From: Deltaproteobacteria bacterium
GTDB taxonomy: Bacteria > Desulfobacterota > Desulfobulbia > Desulfobulbales > Desulfocapsaceae
Length of the DNA: 64,000 nt
Direction: 5' to 3'
Assembly (NCBI GenBank): GCA_002747825.1
Contig: PDQQ01000010.1
Coordinates: 32,461 to 96,460, forward strand
Shown: positions 51,038 through 60,755 of the stretch, piece by piece
How positions within the stretch are numbered: the first letter of the stretch is position 1
Layout: every line of letters begins with the position of its first letter
Made by a program: the position numbers and the translations under genes
Notes under the pieces: generated by a model
Databases searched by the model: none
Told to the model about the DNA's origin: nothing
The model's input: the letters and a program-made list of their open reading frames with translations, nothing else

Positions 51038-51347
51038 TCATTCTTGCTCTTTTACGAACTAAAACGGAATATCTATACAAATTTTTCATTCGACTGTCAA
51101 CGAAAAAGAAAAGCACCCTGGTTTTTATACCGACAGTCTCCTCTTTGACCAGACAGGTTTTCCCTTGTCGTCAGTTCCGTACTTGCTGTTTGATATTGTA
51201 CTATCGTGTATTTAATGGTAAGGAGTTTTTATACCCTCTTTGTCGTCAGAGGACAGCTGATTTTCCGTTTTTGCGGACGGAGAACTGCCTTTTTTGCCGG
51301 GGAACGCCCGAAAAAAGATTTCTACCCATCTGTAAAGAAATAAAAGA

Positions 51348-51929
51348 ATGAGAAAAAGTCAAATTACACGGACAACATCGGAGACGGATATCAGCCTGGT
51401 CTTTACCCTGGATGGTTCAGGCCAACACCAGATCGCAACTGGCGTTCCTTTTCTGGACCATATGCTGACCCTTTTTGCCGTACACGGTTTTTTTGACCTG
51501 GAGCTGCAGGCAAAAGGAGATATTGAAGTTGACGATCATCACACCGTTGAAGATATTGGTATCTGTCTTGGTCAGTCAATTGCTCAGGCATTAGGAGGCA
51601 AGCAAGGTATTTCCCGCTATGGCAGCTGTTACCTGCCCATGGACGAGACCCTTGTCAGAGTTGTTCTGGATCTCTCTAACCGCCCTTTTTTGCATTACGC
51701 TGTCCGGGTAAGCGAACAAAAATTGGGAAACTTTGACACATTGCTTGTCAAGGAGTTTTTTCGGGCAATGGCCCAACATGCCGGGATAACCCTTCATATC
51801 GATCTTCTGCACGGAGAAAACGGGCACCATATCATCGAAGCTGTGTTCAAAGGTTTTGCTCGAGCCTTGAACGAGGCCTGCGGCAGAATCGGTATCGAGG
51901 GGACCCTGTCATCAAAAGGGCTTCTCTGA
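51348..51929 (+). CDS. hisB: Imidazoleglycerol-phosphate dehydratase
   Basis: FLDHML, DDHHTVED, PMDE and NGHHIIEAVFK. Confidence 0.98.
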   Translation: MRKSQITRTTSETDISLVFTLDGSGQHQIATGVPFLDHMLTLFAVHGFFDLELQAKGDIEVDDHHTVEDIGICLGQSIAQALGGKQGISRYGSCYLPMDETLVRVVLDLSNRPFLHYAVRVSEQKLGNFDTLLVKEFFRAMAQHAGITLHIDLLHGENGHHIIEAVFKGFARALNEACGRIGIEGTLSSKGLL

Positions 51930-52060
51930 CGACCTGACTCTCACCGGAAAAGGCTCCAAAGCCCCGAGGAAGAAAAGGTGTCCGAACTCTCATTGCGGGA
52001 GATGTACAGATTCAACAACCACAAATCGGCAAGACGGCCATAAGACTACGAGGTGATCTT

Positions 52061-52702
52061 ATGAAAGACATACAGAGAAAACTGTCGGGCTTTTCGCTTG
52101 TATTAATGCTGGTTCTCACATCTTGCTCTTCTGCTCCAGTCAACACCCAAGAGACACAACCGGAGCTTCGCTCGCTCAACTGTATTGCGGTATTGCCTGC
52201 CGTAACATCAGCGGTAAAAGATGACACACTTCGTTACAACCAGGCCCGGACGCTTGAGCGAGGTGCATCACAGGCCACTGTTTTACTGTTAAAAAAACTC
52301 TCAGGCAATTCAAAAGTACGGCTTGTGAACGTGGTAGAGATGGCGTCTTTTGCAGAAAACCCCCGGCGTGGGGAGATCGGCATCCTGAGCACCATTGGAG
52401 AGGCGGTAAACTGTGACGGAATCCTGAGTACAACGATACGTACGTACAAGCAGAGACAAGGAACAAAGATGGCTGTAGAATCACCGGCCTCTGTTGATTT
52501 TACGATGGTACTTCGAGAAGTTCCAACAGGACATATCCTCTGGTCGAGCGAATTTCGTGAGACCCAACAGCCGCTGCTCGATAATCTGTTCTCCTTCGGC
52601 AAACAACAGACAAAAGGCATCTATTGGTTAACGGCCGAAGAACTTCTTCAACAGGGGATTGAGAATCGGCTTGACAACTGTCCTTACCTTGTCACCCCCT
52701 GA
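52061..52702 (+). CDS. Putative lipoprotein
   Basis: Signal peptide with lipobox-like LTSC; IAVLP and TGHILW. Confidence 0.7.
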   Translation: MKDIQRKLSGFSLVLMLVLTSCSSAPVNTQETQPELRSLNCIAVLPAVTSAVKDDTLRYNQARTLERGASQATVLLLKKLSGNSKVRLVNVVEMASFAENPRRGEIGILSTIGEAVNCDGILSTTIRTYKQRQGTKMAVESPASVDFTMVLREVPTGHILWSSEFRETQQPLLDNLFSFGKQQTKGIYWLTAEELLQQGIENRLDNCPYLVTP

Positions 52703-52785
52703 ACCGGGAGCAACCGGCCAGGATCAAGCCTTAACGCAAACAGCCGAAACAAAAAACAGTATATCTCTGCCCTCCGACAATCCAA

Positions 52786-53541
52786 GTGGACATTCACTTT
52801 CCGGCAAAAATCAACAAAAAGATTGGCAGGGCGCTACACGATTTTTCGATGCTCCAGGATGGTGACCGGGTTCTGGTTGCAGTCTCCGGTGGAGTTGACA
52901 GCCTGGTTCTTGCCTGCGTTCTGCAAACCTGGCAGGCAAAAGCCCCTCTTTCCTATACCTGCAGGGCCGTACATATCGATAATGGTTTCTGGGAAGATCA
53001 GGATAACGGGCACCCTCTACAGGATATCTGCGAACAGCTCAAACAGCATCGAATAGATCTGCAGATAGAGTCGTGGAACGTTTCGGAGAGCAGACCTGAA
53101 AGCTGTTATCTCTGTGCCAAAGACAGAAGAAACCGCCTCTTTGAGATAGCACGGGACAGAGGGTACAACAAAATCGCTTTCGGGCATCACAAGGACGACC
53201 TCATAGAGACCTTTATGCTCAATACTCTCTACAGCGGTAATATCTCGACCATGCTGCCCAAGCAGGAACTCTTTAACGGCGGGCTGAGCCTTATTCGGCC
53301 TATGGCCTACCTGGAAAAAGAAGATATTTCTCAACTGGCCGCATTTTTTTCTCTGTCGCCAAAGGCGAACTCCTGTCCCTACTCAACAACAACAAAGAGG
53401 CAGCAGGTCAGAGAGATTCTCGCTGATATCGACCAAAGAATACCGGGTGCAAGAAACTCGATATTTGCAGCACTCTCGAATATCCGCACCGAATACCTTC
53501 TGAAGAAAAGGGTGAGAAAAAAGGTGCGGACCCGTCCTTAA
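52786..53541 (+). CDS. ttcA: tRNA 2-thiocytidine(32) synthetase TtcA family
   Basis: PP-loop SGGVDS, CYLC, GHHKDDLIET, IRPM and CP. Confidence 0.85.
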   Translation: MDIHFPAKINKKIGRALHDFSMLQDGDRVLVAVSGGVDSLVLACVLQTWQAKAPLSYTCRAVHIDNGFWEDQDNGHPLQDICEQLKQHRIDLQIESWNVSESRPESCYLCAKDRRNRLFEIARDRGYNKIAFGHHKDDLIETFMLNTLYSGNISTMLPKQELFNGGLSLIRPMAYLEKEDISQLAAFFSLSPKANSCPYSTTTKRQQVREILADIDQRIPGARNSIFAALSNIRTEYLLKKRVRKKVRTRP

Positions 53542-53730
53542 TCTCCGAGAGTATGCTCGACATATTACGTTTGCAACAGGCCCTTGATACGGAAATCTCA
53601 AAATTTACTTGTTATTCTTGTGAATTACTCTTGCAAGGATAGAAATGCGCGTGGTACCGTAGTCGACCGATAACCGAGGCAATCGCAGTATCATGGAAAA
53701 CAGGCAACAGAGGTTTGCCCGCGGGCAAAA

Positions 53731-54126
53731 GTGAAGATGGGCAGTATTATAGCAGTTATCCTGGGCGGAGGTTTTGGGGCACTCGTTCGTTATGGTTTTA
53801 ATGTTGGCGTAGAGCGCTCCATTGCCCCAAACTATCCCCTGGCAACCCTGGCGGTAAACCTTCTCGGTTGTCTTATCATCGGCTTTTGCTGGGCTTGTTT
53901 CGAGAGAATTCACATAACCCATACCTTCCGCATCTTCCTGTTTACCGGCTTTTTTGGCGGCTTTACGACCTTTTCTGCCTACGCAAGAGAGGGCGCTGAG
54001 CTCCTCAGCTCTGGCGAGGTTTTTCAAGGCTTGTCGTATATCCTTGTCAGTAATATTGCAGGAATACTGATGGTTTTTTTCGGGATATACCTGTGCAATC
54101 TTTTTTTTCGTTTTATCCGCGTGTAA
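53731..54126 (+). CDS. crcB: Fluoride channel CrcB/Fluc
   Basis: GGGFGALVRY, TLAVNLLG and GFFGGFTTFS. Confidence 0.93.
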   Translation: MKMGSIIAVILGGGFGALVRYGFNVGVERSIAPNYPLATLAVNLLGCLIIGFCWACFERIHITHTFRIFLFTGFFGGFTTFSAYAREGAELLSSGEVFQGLSYILVSNIAGILMVFFGIYLCNLFFRFIRV

Positions 54127-54135
54127 GGAACCGCC

Positions 54136-55224
54136 GTGAATCTACTGAACCGCTATCTTTTCCAACAGTATATCAAATTTTTTCTCACCATCAGCGGAGC
54201 CTTCGTTGCCCTGTATCTGCTGGTCGATTTTCTGGAAAAATATGATAATTTCAGAAATGCGGGGCAGTCCCTGTTTGCGGCCTTGAAATATTTCGCGCTT
54301 GTCATCCCCTTCATTTTTGACCAGCTTGGGCCTATTTTTATTCTACTCACAGGTGTCGTCACCCTTGGAATAGCCAGCCACACGAACGAACTTACAGCCC
54401 TCAAGGCCGGGGGGGTTCCTCTCTATCTGGTCATCCGCCCCCTTATCTACAGCTCACTGATTTTTACAGCCTTTTTCCTTTTTGCCGCAGAATTCATACT
54501 CCCTGCCACAATCGCTCAAACCAACAAAATATGGAACGAAGATGTCAGAGGCAAGGTGATGCTCGGAATAATGCGTAGCAACCGTTATTATTACAAGGGG
54601 AAAGATGGTTTTTATTCGTTCAACAGGCCCAATACGGAGAAATACGTTTTCCAGAATTTTTCTTTTTCTCAGTGGGATAAAAACCATAACATACAGACCC
54701 TTACCACTGCAAAATCAGCAACCTGGAACGACTCTGCCCATAAATGGGTCCTGGAAAATGGGCAGATTCAACGCGTGAATAAAACCGGGGACTATGATGT
54801 TACAAACTTTTCACAGCTGGAAACCACATTTCCCGAACAACCGCAGGATTTTCTTGTTTCCACCGACAAGATTGCAGAACTCTCTTTAACCAGTCTTATC
54901 AGAGAAATGAACACCACCGATATTGAGCGGGAAAAATATGAAATCTGGACAACATTTCTTGGTAGAATCTCTTACCTGACGCTCGGGGTACCACTCCTGT
55001 TACTTGGTCTGCCAACACTTCTGTACTCGTACCGTAAATGGGGCAGAGACCTCTCTATAGCCGTACCTATAAGCTGTGGCCTTGCCTTTCTCGCCTGGGG
55101 GGTCTGGCAGACCCTGCAGTCTCTGGCCTTTACCGGCTACATCTCTCCGTTGCTGGCGGCTGGCAGTCTGCACCTCGCCCTCACTCTTATTGGAATCTTT
55201 TTCCTGATTAAAAACGACCGATAA
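54136..55224 (+). CDS. lptG: LptF/LptG family LPS export permease
   Basis: LLNRY and NELTALKAGG; 3 TM, periplasmic beta domain, 3 TM. Confidence 0.8.
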   Translation: MNLLNRYLFQQYIKFFLTISGAFVALYLLVDFLEKYDNFRNAGQSLFAALKYFALVIPFIFDQLGPIFILLTGVVTLGIASHTNELTALKAGGVPLYLVIRPLIYSSLIFTAFFLFAAEFILPATIAQTNKIWNEDVRGKVMLGIMRSNRYYYKGKDGFYSFNRPNTEKYVFQNFSFSQWDKNHNIQTLTTAKSATWNDSAHKWVLENGQIQRVNKTGDYDVTNFSQLETTFPEQPQDFLVSTDKIAELSLTSLIREMNTTDIEREKYEIWTTFLGRISYLTLGVPLLLLGLPTLLYSYRKWGRDLSIAVPISCGLAFLAWGVWQTLQSLAFTGYISPLLAAGSLHLALTLIGIFFLIKNDR

Positions 55225-55412
55225 GTCTTCAGATTTCTTTTCGAAAGACGTAACACACGAACGTCCGACCGTATCTCTTTGGGCAGGTTATATTGAAAAA
55301 AGCACCAAATTCGAGTCTTTGAAAAAATTCCCGGTCTGTTTATCTTCATCGAGAAAATAAATCTTTTCAGTGGCATCGGCTATATATTTGCTCTGCTCTC
55401 TGTGGCGGCTAA

Positions 55413-55633
55413 CCCGGATATTTCATCAGTTCAGGCGGTGTCAGGTTCGAAGTTTTTTGCATTAGGTAAGAGTAAACTCTATGTACTGCAAAAATACGTA
55501 AAGAAGATGGTGCCGCATGGACTGAGCTTTGGTGAACACTTTGGATATTGTAAAACTGTAATGTTCTTCGTGTAGTATATTGAAATATTGGCAATTTTTA
55601 AAAATTTGACACAATGTTCATGAAATATCCGGG
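55413..55633. mobile_element. 221-bp MITE with 14-bp terminal inverted repeats and a CTAA target duplication
   Basis: CTAA[CCCGGATATTTCAT...ATGAAATATCCGGG]CTAA; AT-rich interior; no transposase. Confidence 0.85.
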
Positions 55634-56218
55634 CTAAAAATCTTCTATCTGTCGACAACGTTCTATAATACGGTCAATGGTCGCGGAACTGTTTTTTACA
55701 CTGCGCACCATTGACAGGAGTTCGCTTAAGGTCGGATCATCTTCTTCCAGATGTTTTTGCGCCTCGTGTACCAGGGCGACACCATCGGCGAGATATTGTT
55801 TGACCTCGGCCGCCAGTTTTTTGCGTTTTTCGTGTTTCTGTTGTTCTTCAAGCAGCAGCGGAACGATCCGTTCGATGGAAAATTCTACGAGGGCATCGCG
55901 CGGAGTGTCGTATTGTAGAGAAATCTGCTCGAGGGTTTCAAGCGTCTTTCTTGAAATAACATAGGTTTTGGCCACTCTGGTCTGTCTTTCTCCAAAATCC
56001 TCAAACTCTCTGGCAATACGCTGCAGACTGCCAGCATCCTCCATCAGATGGTCAAAAAGAGACTTCTGTTTTATTCCCAATTGTGTGGCAAGCAGACTCA
56101 AGGCCCAGATAGAACGTTCTGACAGTCTGAATGTTGTGCGTACAGACTGCCTTCCCCGTAAATCTGCAGCAGAGGTCTTAATAACTCCCAGCTGTATCAC
56201 CGCATTTTTCGTACGCAT
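55634..56218 (-). CDS. Hypothetical protein, possible tandem ribbon-helix-helix regulator
   Basis: Two similar strand-helix-helix units followed by a helical C-terminus; divergent from hsp20. Confidence 0.6.
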   Translation of the reverse strand: MRTKNAVIQLGVIKTSAADLRGRQSVRTTFRLSERSIWALSLLATQLGIKQKSLFDHLMEDAGSLQRIAREFEDFGERQTRVAKTYVISRKTLETLEQISLQYDTPRDALVEFSIERIVPLLLEEQQKHEKRKKLAAEVKQYLADGVALVHEAQKHLEEDDPTLSELLSMVRSVKNSSATIDRIIERCRQIEDF

Positions 56219-56384
56219 ACCCGCCCCGCCTGTATTACTTTTTTATTTTTTTATGTTTAGTAATATTTTTATTATTGACTTGCGCGTTAATGGTATTACA
56301 TTTTTGATCACAAAGCAACACGGGAAAGAAAAAACCACTGAAGGTTACCCGAGAAGATACACACAAAGACAGAAGGAGAATGCT

Positions 56385-56843
56385 ATGAACCTCGTACGTT
56401 ACAATCCAAATCACAAGATTGGCCGCACAAACCAGAATTTTTCTGATCTTTTTGACGATTTCTTTACGAATTTCTACCACCCCTTTGCCGCCGCTGACCT
56501 CACCGAGAGACAGATTGCCGAGTGGGGAATGAAGGTGGATATCTACGCAAAGGATGACAAGATCATCATCGAAGCGGAGATGGCCGGAGTGGAAAAGGAG
56601 AATATCAGGGTCGATGTTCAAGGAAAGGTGCTCACCCTTGGTGGAGAGAGGAAATTTGAGGAAGAGGTCAAAGAAGAAAACAGATACCGGAGAGAGAGGG
56701 GATACGGCTTTTTTGAGCGCAAGTTCACCCTTCCCTTCGAGGCCGACAGCGATAAGGTCGAGGCGCGTCTGGCAAACGGAGTATTAACTCTGGAGATCGC
56801 CAAACCGGAAAAACAGGTCGCAAAAAAGATCGCAATTAACTAA
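56385..56843 (+). CDS. Hsp20/alpha-crystallin small heat-shock protein
   Basis: VDIY, AEMAGVEKE, RRERGYGFFERKFTLP and ANGVLTL; AAGGAG RBS. Confidence 0.95.
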   Translation: MNLVRYNPNHKIGRTNQNFSDLFDDFFTNFYHPFAAADLTERQIAEWGMKVDIYAKDDKIIIEAEMAGVEKENIRVDVQGKVLTLGGERKFEEEVKEENRYRRERGYGFFERKFTLPFEADSDKVEARLANGVLTLEIAKPEKQVAKKIAIN

Positions 56844-56910
56844 AAAGGCTGCCATATACCAACAAGATTGTCGAGATGGCAGTAATCTTCATCCAGTATA
56901 CTCATAGATG

Positions 56911-56945
56911 GCGGGCGACAACTCTTGGTTGCCGCCCGCTTTTTT
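56911..56945 (+). terminator. Intrinsic terminator after hsp20
   Basis: gcgggcgacaac...gttgccgcccgc-tttttt. Confidence 0.75.
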
Positions 56946-57101
56946 GCAAGAGACAAGAAACGGGCATTGCCGAAAAAAGATACTTTGACGAGGCTGGAGA
57001 GAAAGGCAAAAAGGGCGAGCTCTGCATCTCTCCAACTATCGCGCAATCAGCCTAAAAAAACATTTTGCCGCATCGACTCCCGATAACATCCGACGATAAC
57101 A

Positions 57102-57659
57102 ATGGTTATGCAACAGAGCGTAAAAAATATCTTTTTCCTGCATGGACTTGACTCATCAGGCAACGGAACCAAGGGAAGATTTTTTGCCAAACATTTCCCA
57201 GAGATCCACCGCCCCGATTTTACCGGGAATCTGGAAAAACGACTTGCCCAGCTCGACGCTCTTTGCAAGGCAAAAAACCAGCTTATTCTGACGGGGTCAA
57301 GCTTTGGCGGTCTTATGGCCTGCCGTTATGCCTTAACCCACGGCCCCCAAGTCGCCCGGCTTATACTTCTGGCTCCGGCACTGAATTTTGAAGGGTACCG
57401 GCCTCCAGAACATCCGCTTTCAATCCCCACCTTGCTCGTTATCGGCACAAAAGATACAGTAACGCCCATTGACCCGGTGGTGGCGCTCGCCGAGGCAACA
57501 TTTTCAGAGAGTATCGTCTGGACGGTCGACGACGACCATCTGCTCCACAACACCTTCGAGCGACTCGACTGGCAGGGGCTCTTTGATACCGACACCGATC
57601 TTGCAACGATCAGGCCACCCGATGGCACCCGACGAGAGATCTCCAGCCGTTCGCAATGA
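57102..57659 (+). CDS. Alpha/beta hydrolase (YqiA/YcfP-like)
   Basis: LHGLDSS, nucleophile GSSFGG, LLAPA and DDHLL. Confidence 0.85.
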   Translation: MVMQQSVKNIFFLHGLDSSGNGTKGRFFAKHFPEIHRPDFTGNLEKRLAQLDALCKAKNQLILTGSSFGGLMACRYALTHGPQVARLILLAPALNFEGYRPPEHPLSIPTLLVIGTKDTVTPIDPVVALAEATFSESIVWTVDDDHLLHNTFERLDWQGLFDTDTDLATIRPPDGTRREISSRSQ

Positions 57660-57719
57660 TTGCCGATGCCTGTTGCAGCAAAGTGGTCGGCCGAAAAGCT
57701 CTCCAGGAGTTGCCGCCTT

Positions 57720-58772
57720 TTAGTTTGCCGCCATCAATGCTTTTCTGTAATGGTTCAGGGTTGTTATGGCTTCTGCAATATTTTCTGAAGAGATCTGCAG
57801 AGCAAAGGTATAGTCACGCATACTCATCGCATATCTCTTGTCGTAATACTCGACAAGGAGGATATGCACCAGCTCGTTGAGCTGGTCCTTTTGCAGCAAA
57901 TCACACATCTTTTCCACCAGGACCCTGCCCAGTTTCTGTTTCAGAGAAAGGAGGATCGCCTCTATTTCGCCGCGCTGCCGTTCATCTTTTATCGGATAGT
58001 CTTCAACAATTCTGGATATTCGCGTTTGCAGGCTGCAGTCGATATTGACCAAAACGGCCTCTTTCATTGATCGGGCAAAAGCCGTGGGGATATAGACCCT
58101 GCCAATTTTTCGGCTCTCTCCTTCAACAAAAAAGGGTTCGTCGCCGATTGCCAGAGCTGCCTCATGGAGCCTGGTTTCAAAGGTACACTGGGTACTCGGC
58201 TTCCTGTCCAGCCCGCCAAAGAGAGAACTGCGGTGCTGTGCCAACTCTTCCAGATCTATGCTCTCTTTCAGGCCTTGGATGATCCTTGTCTTCCCGACTC
58301 CTGTATAGCCATGCAGAACGATCAGCCTGGGGCGGAAGTGGGCAAGGAAATCGAGAACCTCCTGACGATAGCTCTTATATCCACCCTCTATCTGCAAGGC
58401 AGAATAACCTTTGAGACGCAGCAGGTTGACAACAGAACGTGAACGCATCCCACCGCGGGCGCAGTAGATGGCGATGGTCCTGTTTTTATACGGCTCAAAA
58501 TCGAGTAACAGCCCTTCCAGCTTTGGCGCAACACAGGCAAAACCCTGCTCTATGGCCCTGGTTTGCCCGCCATGCTTGTAAATGGTGCCGATATGCGCCC
58601 GCTCATCGCTGTCAAAAAGCTCAATATTGATTGCGCCGGGAAGAGCACCTCGGTGAAACTCGGCGGCCGATCTGACATCGACAAGCAAATAGCCACTGTC
58701 CAGCGCCTCTCTGTAAGCAACTACCATTTCGCTTTCCCGAAGGATCTCTCGTTGTAAGAGAGCGTCTTGCAT
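57720..58772 (-). CDS. selU: tRNA 2-selenouridine(34) synthase SelU/MnmH
   Basis: Rhodanese domain (DVRS..EF, CARGGMRS, GGYKSYR) plus P-loop GYTGVGKT, LAQHRSS and EGESRKIG. Confidence 0.93.
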   Translation of the reverse strand: MQDALLQREILRESEMVVAYREALDSGYLLVDVRSAAEFHRGALPGAINIELFDSDERAHIGTIYKHGGQTRAIEQGFACVAPKLEGLLLDFEPYKNRTIAIYCARGGMRSRSVVNLLRLKGYSALQIEGGYKSYRQEVLDFLAHFRPRLIVLHGYTGVGKTRIIQGLKESIDLEELAQHRSSLFGGLDRKPSTQCTFETRLHEAALAIGDEPFFVEGESRKIGRVYIPTAFARSMKEAVLVNIDCSLQTRISRIVEDYPIKDERQRGEIEAILLSLKQKLGRVLVEKMCDLLQKDQLNELVHILLVEYYDKRYAMSMRDYTFALQISSENIAEAITTLNHYRKALMAAN

Positions 58773-58920
58773 ATCGTATCCTCCCTACACCATCCCACAT
58801 CCAGCTGGTATTCGACAGACGCCAACCTGGACAACAAAAATTGTCGCGGAGCAAACAATCCCTCACGCAACGGAACTCTGGCCAGCCATGCTGGTTGCGA
58901 GTAATCGTTTCCACAAAAAA

Positions 58921-59511
58921 TCAGAAGGCGTTTTGTTCAAACCTCTGCCAAAAAAAATCAACTCCCCGTTCCTCGACCATATTCAGGGCATCGGGAAAGG
59001 CCTGACATTCAACGGCAAAGACCTTTGCCGCTATTGTCTCTGGGTCATCCTCATAATCAAGCTCCAGACAGCGCTGCAGGATGATGGGGCCTTCGTCGTA
59101 ATCGCCGTTGGCAAAATGTACAGTGCAGCCGGTTACGGTACAGCCCCTTTTTTGTACCGCCGAATGCACATGATGCCCGTAAAACCCCTTACCGCAAAAG
59201 GCGGGGATCAGAGAGGGGTGGATATTGATCACCCGGCGTTCAAAGGCCTTTTTCGGGACAAACAGCTTCAGGTAGCCTGCCAGACAGACGATATCCACCG
59301 AATACTCTGAGAGTATGCCGTTGATCGTCGCATTATCTGTGGCAAAAAACGACGGATAACCATATTTCCGGGCCTTTTCCAGGCCCAGGGCGTCTGCGAC
59401 ATTGGAGACGACCACCTCGACTTGTGCCCGCAAGGAACCCTTTTCGCTGCATTCGTGAAAATTATCCAGGGTGCGTCCGCTGCCAGAGAGTAATACGGCT
59501 AATTTCAGCAT
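58921..59511 (-). CDS. purN: Phosphoribosylglycinamide formyltransferase
   Basis: LSGSG, LAGY, NIHPSLIP, GCTVH and DEGPII. Confidence 0.92.
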   Translation of the reverse strand: MLKLAVLLSGSGRTLDNFHECSEKGSLRAQVEVVVSNVADALGLEKARKYGYPSFFATDNATINGILSEYSVDIVCLAGYLKLFVPKKAFERRVINIHPSLIPAFCGKGFYGHHVHSAVQKRGCTVTGCTVHFANGDYDEGPIILQRCLELDYEDDPETIAAKVFAVECQAFPDALNMVEERGVDFFWQRFEQNAF

Positions 59512-59514
59512 CTG

Positions 59515-60129
59515 TCATACTCCCGAGTTGTCTGATTCGATATCCACCCCTGCAAGCCATGAGGAAATAGCCGTGTCGTAGGCTGCGGTCAGGGCGTATA
59601 CCTTTTTCATCAGATAGAATCGTGTCGCCAGCTGCGTATTGCCGCTGGCCCGAATCTCATCGATAACCTGTGGATAGTCGGCGGGGTCGACGATCACCGT
59701 GACATCTCGAAAATTTTTGGCCGCGGCCCGTAACAGCGTTGGACCACCAATATCTATATGTTCAATGGCCTCTTCAAGACTGCAATCGGCTCTGGCCACT
59801 GTTTCGGCAAAGGCGTAGAGATTAACGACGATGATATCGATATTATGCAGGTCATTCTCCGCACATTGCCGTTGATGGTCTTCGTTGTCCCGCTGGTTGA
59901 GAATTCCGCCATGAACCTTCGGGTGCAGGGTCTTGACCCGACCGTTGAGAATCTCAGGAAAACCAGTAAAATCAGAGACATCCTTGACTGCAAGCCCCGC
60001 CTCTCGCAGCTTGTTGGCCGTTCCCCCGGTTGAGAGTAGTTCGATCCCCAAAGAGGCAAGTTCGCTTGCAAAATTTTCGATACCGGTTTTATCCGTCAAA
60101 CTGATTAACGCCCTTTCTACCTTTGCCAT
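59515..60129 (-). CDS. Stand-alone IMP cyclohydrolase (PurH N-terminal/MGS domain only)
   Basis: RALISLTDK, STGGT, GRVKTLHP and IDIGGPTLLRAAAKN; ends at 204 aa. Confidence 0.9.
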   Translation of the reverse strand: MAKVERALISLTDKTGIENFASELASLGIELLSTGGTANKLREAGLAVKDVSDFTGFPEILNGRVKTLHPKVHGGILNQRDNEDHQRQCAENDLHNIDIIVVNLYAFAETVARADCSLEEAIEHIDIGGPTLLRAAAKNFRDVTVIVDPADYPQVIDEIRASGNTQLATRFYLMKKVYALTAAYDTAISSWLAGVDIESDNSGV

Positions 60130-60138
60130 CTTCGTCTC

Positions 60139-60534
60139 CTATTGGTTTTTTCTGGTAAATGAGATAATTTTTCTCCGGTCCCGCTTGGATGGCCTCTGTC
60201 CCGGAGCCGAATAGCCGGCATTTGCCATACGTCGAAGCTCCTGCTGTTCCTTGCGCCTGGCAATACTCTCTTCCGATTCAAGATACAGGCCCTGGGCCTC
60301 TTTTGCCGGCCTGCGATATTTAGAGAGTCCCAGCACTGTAACATGAAAGACAGAGACACCGATAGTGATAACCAGCTGATCACCAACAGAGAGCGGGCGG
60401 GCGGCCTTTACCCGAGCACCGTTGAGGTATACCTTGCCGCCATTGGCGGCCTTGGCGGCAAGGGCTCTTGTCTTAAAAAACCTGGCGGCCCAAAGCCATT
60501 TATCAAGACGGACCGACAGCTCTGCGTTGTCCAT
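60139..60534 (-). CDS. hslR: Ribosome-associated heat-shock protein Hsp15 (S4 domain)
   Basis: RLDKWLWAARFFKTR and RPSKRDRR. Confidence 0.93.
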   Translation of the reverse strand: MDNAELSVRLDKWLWAARFFKTRALAAKAANGGKVYLNGARVKAARPLSVGDQLVITIGVSVFHVTVLGLSKYRRPAKEAQGLYLESEESIARRKEQQELRRMANAGYSAPGQRPSKRDRRKIISFTRKNQ

Positions 60535-60755
60535 ATCAGTCGTTCCTCGAAACTGAAGCGGCCATAGGTGATTGTTTTCGTAAACCGAAACACAGTGTGC
60601 GCAAAGAAACGTTCTCTTTCGTATTTCTACAATATTCTTGTTTCAGATGCCCTCAAAAGAGAGTAACCTGTAAAAGAGCAACATGCCACTCTACTTGCTC
60701 TGCGAAACAAAGAAGCCTTTACGATACCACAAAAAACGACCGGAACAAGGAAGCT

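Noticed and set aside
53700-53735. Fluoride riboswitch ahead of crcB (GGCAAC...TTTGCC stem)
   Set aside because: The stem is only superficially similar; the downstream conserved UGAUGAC/CUAC pseudoknot elements are not visible
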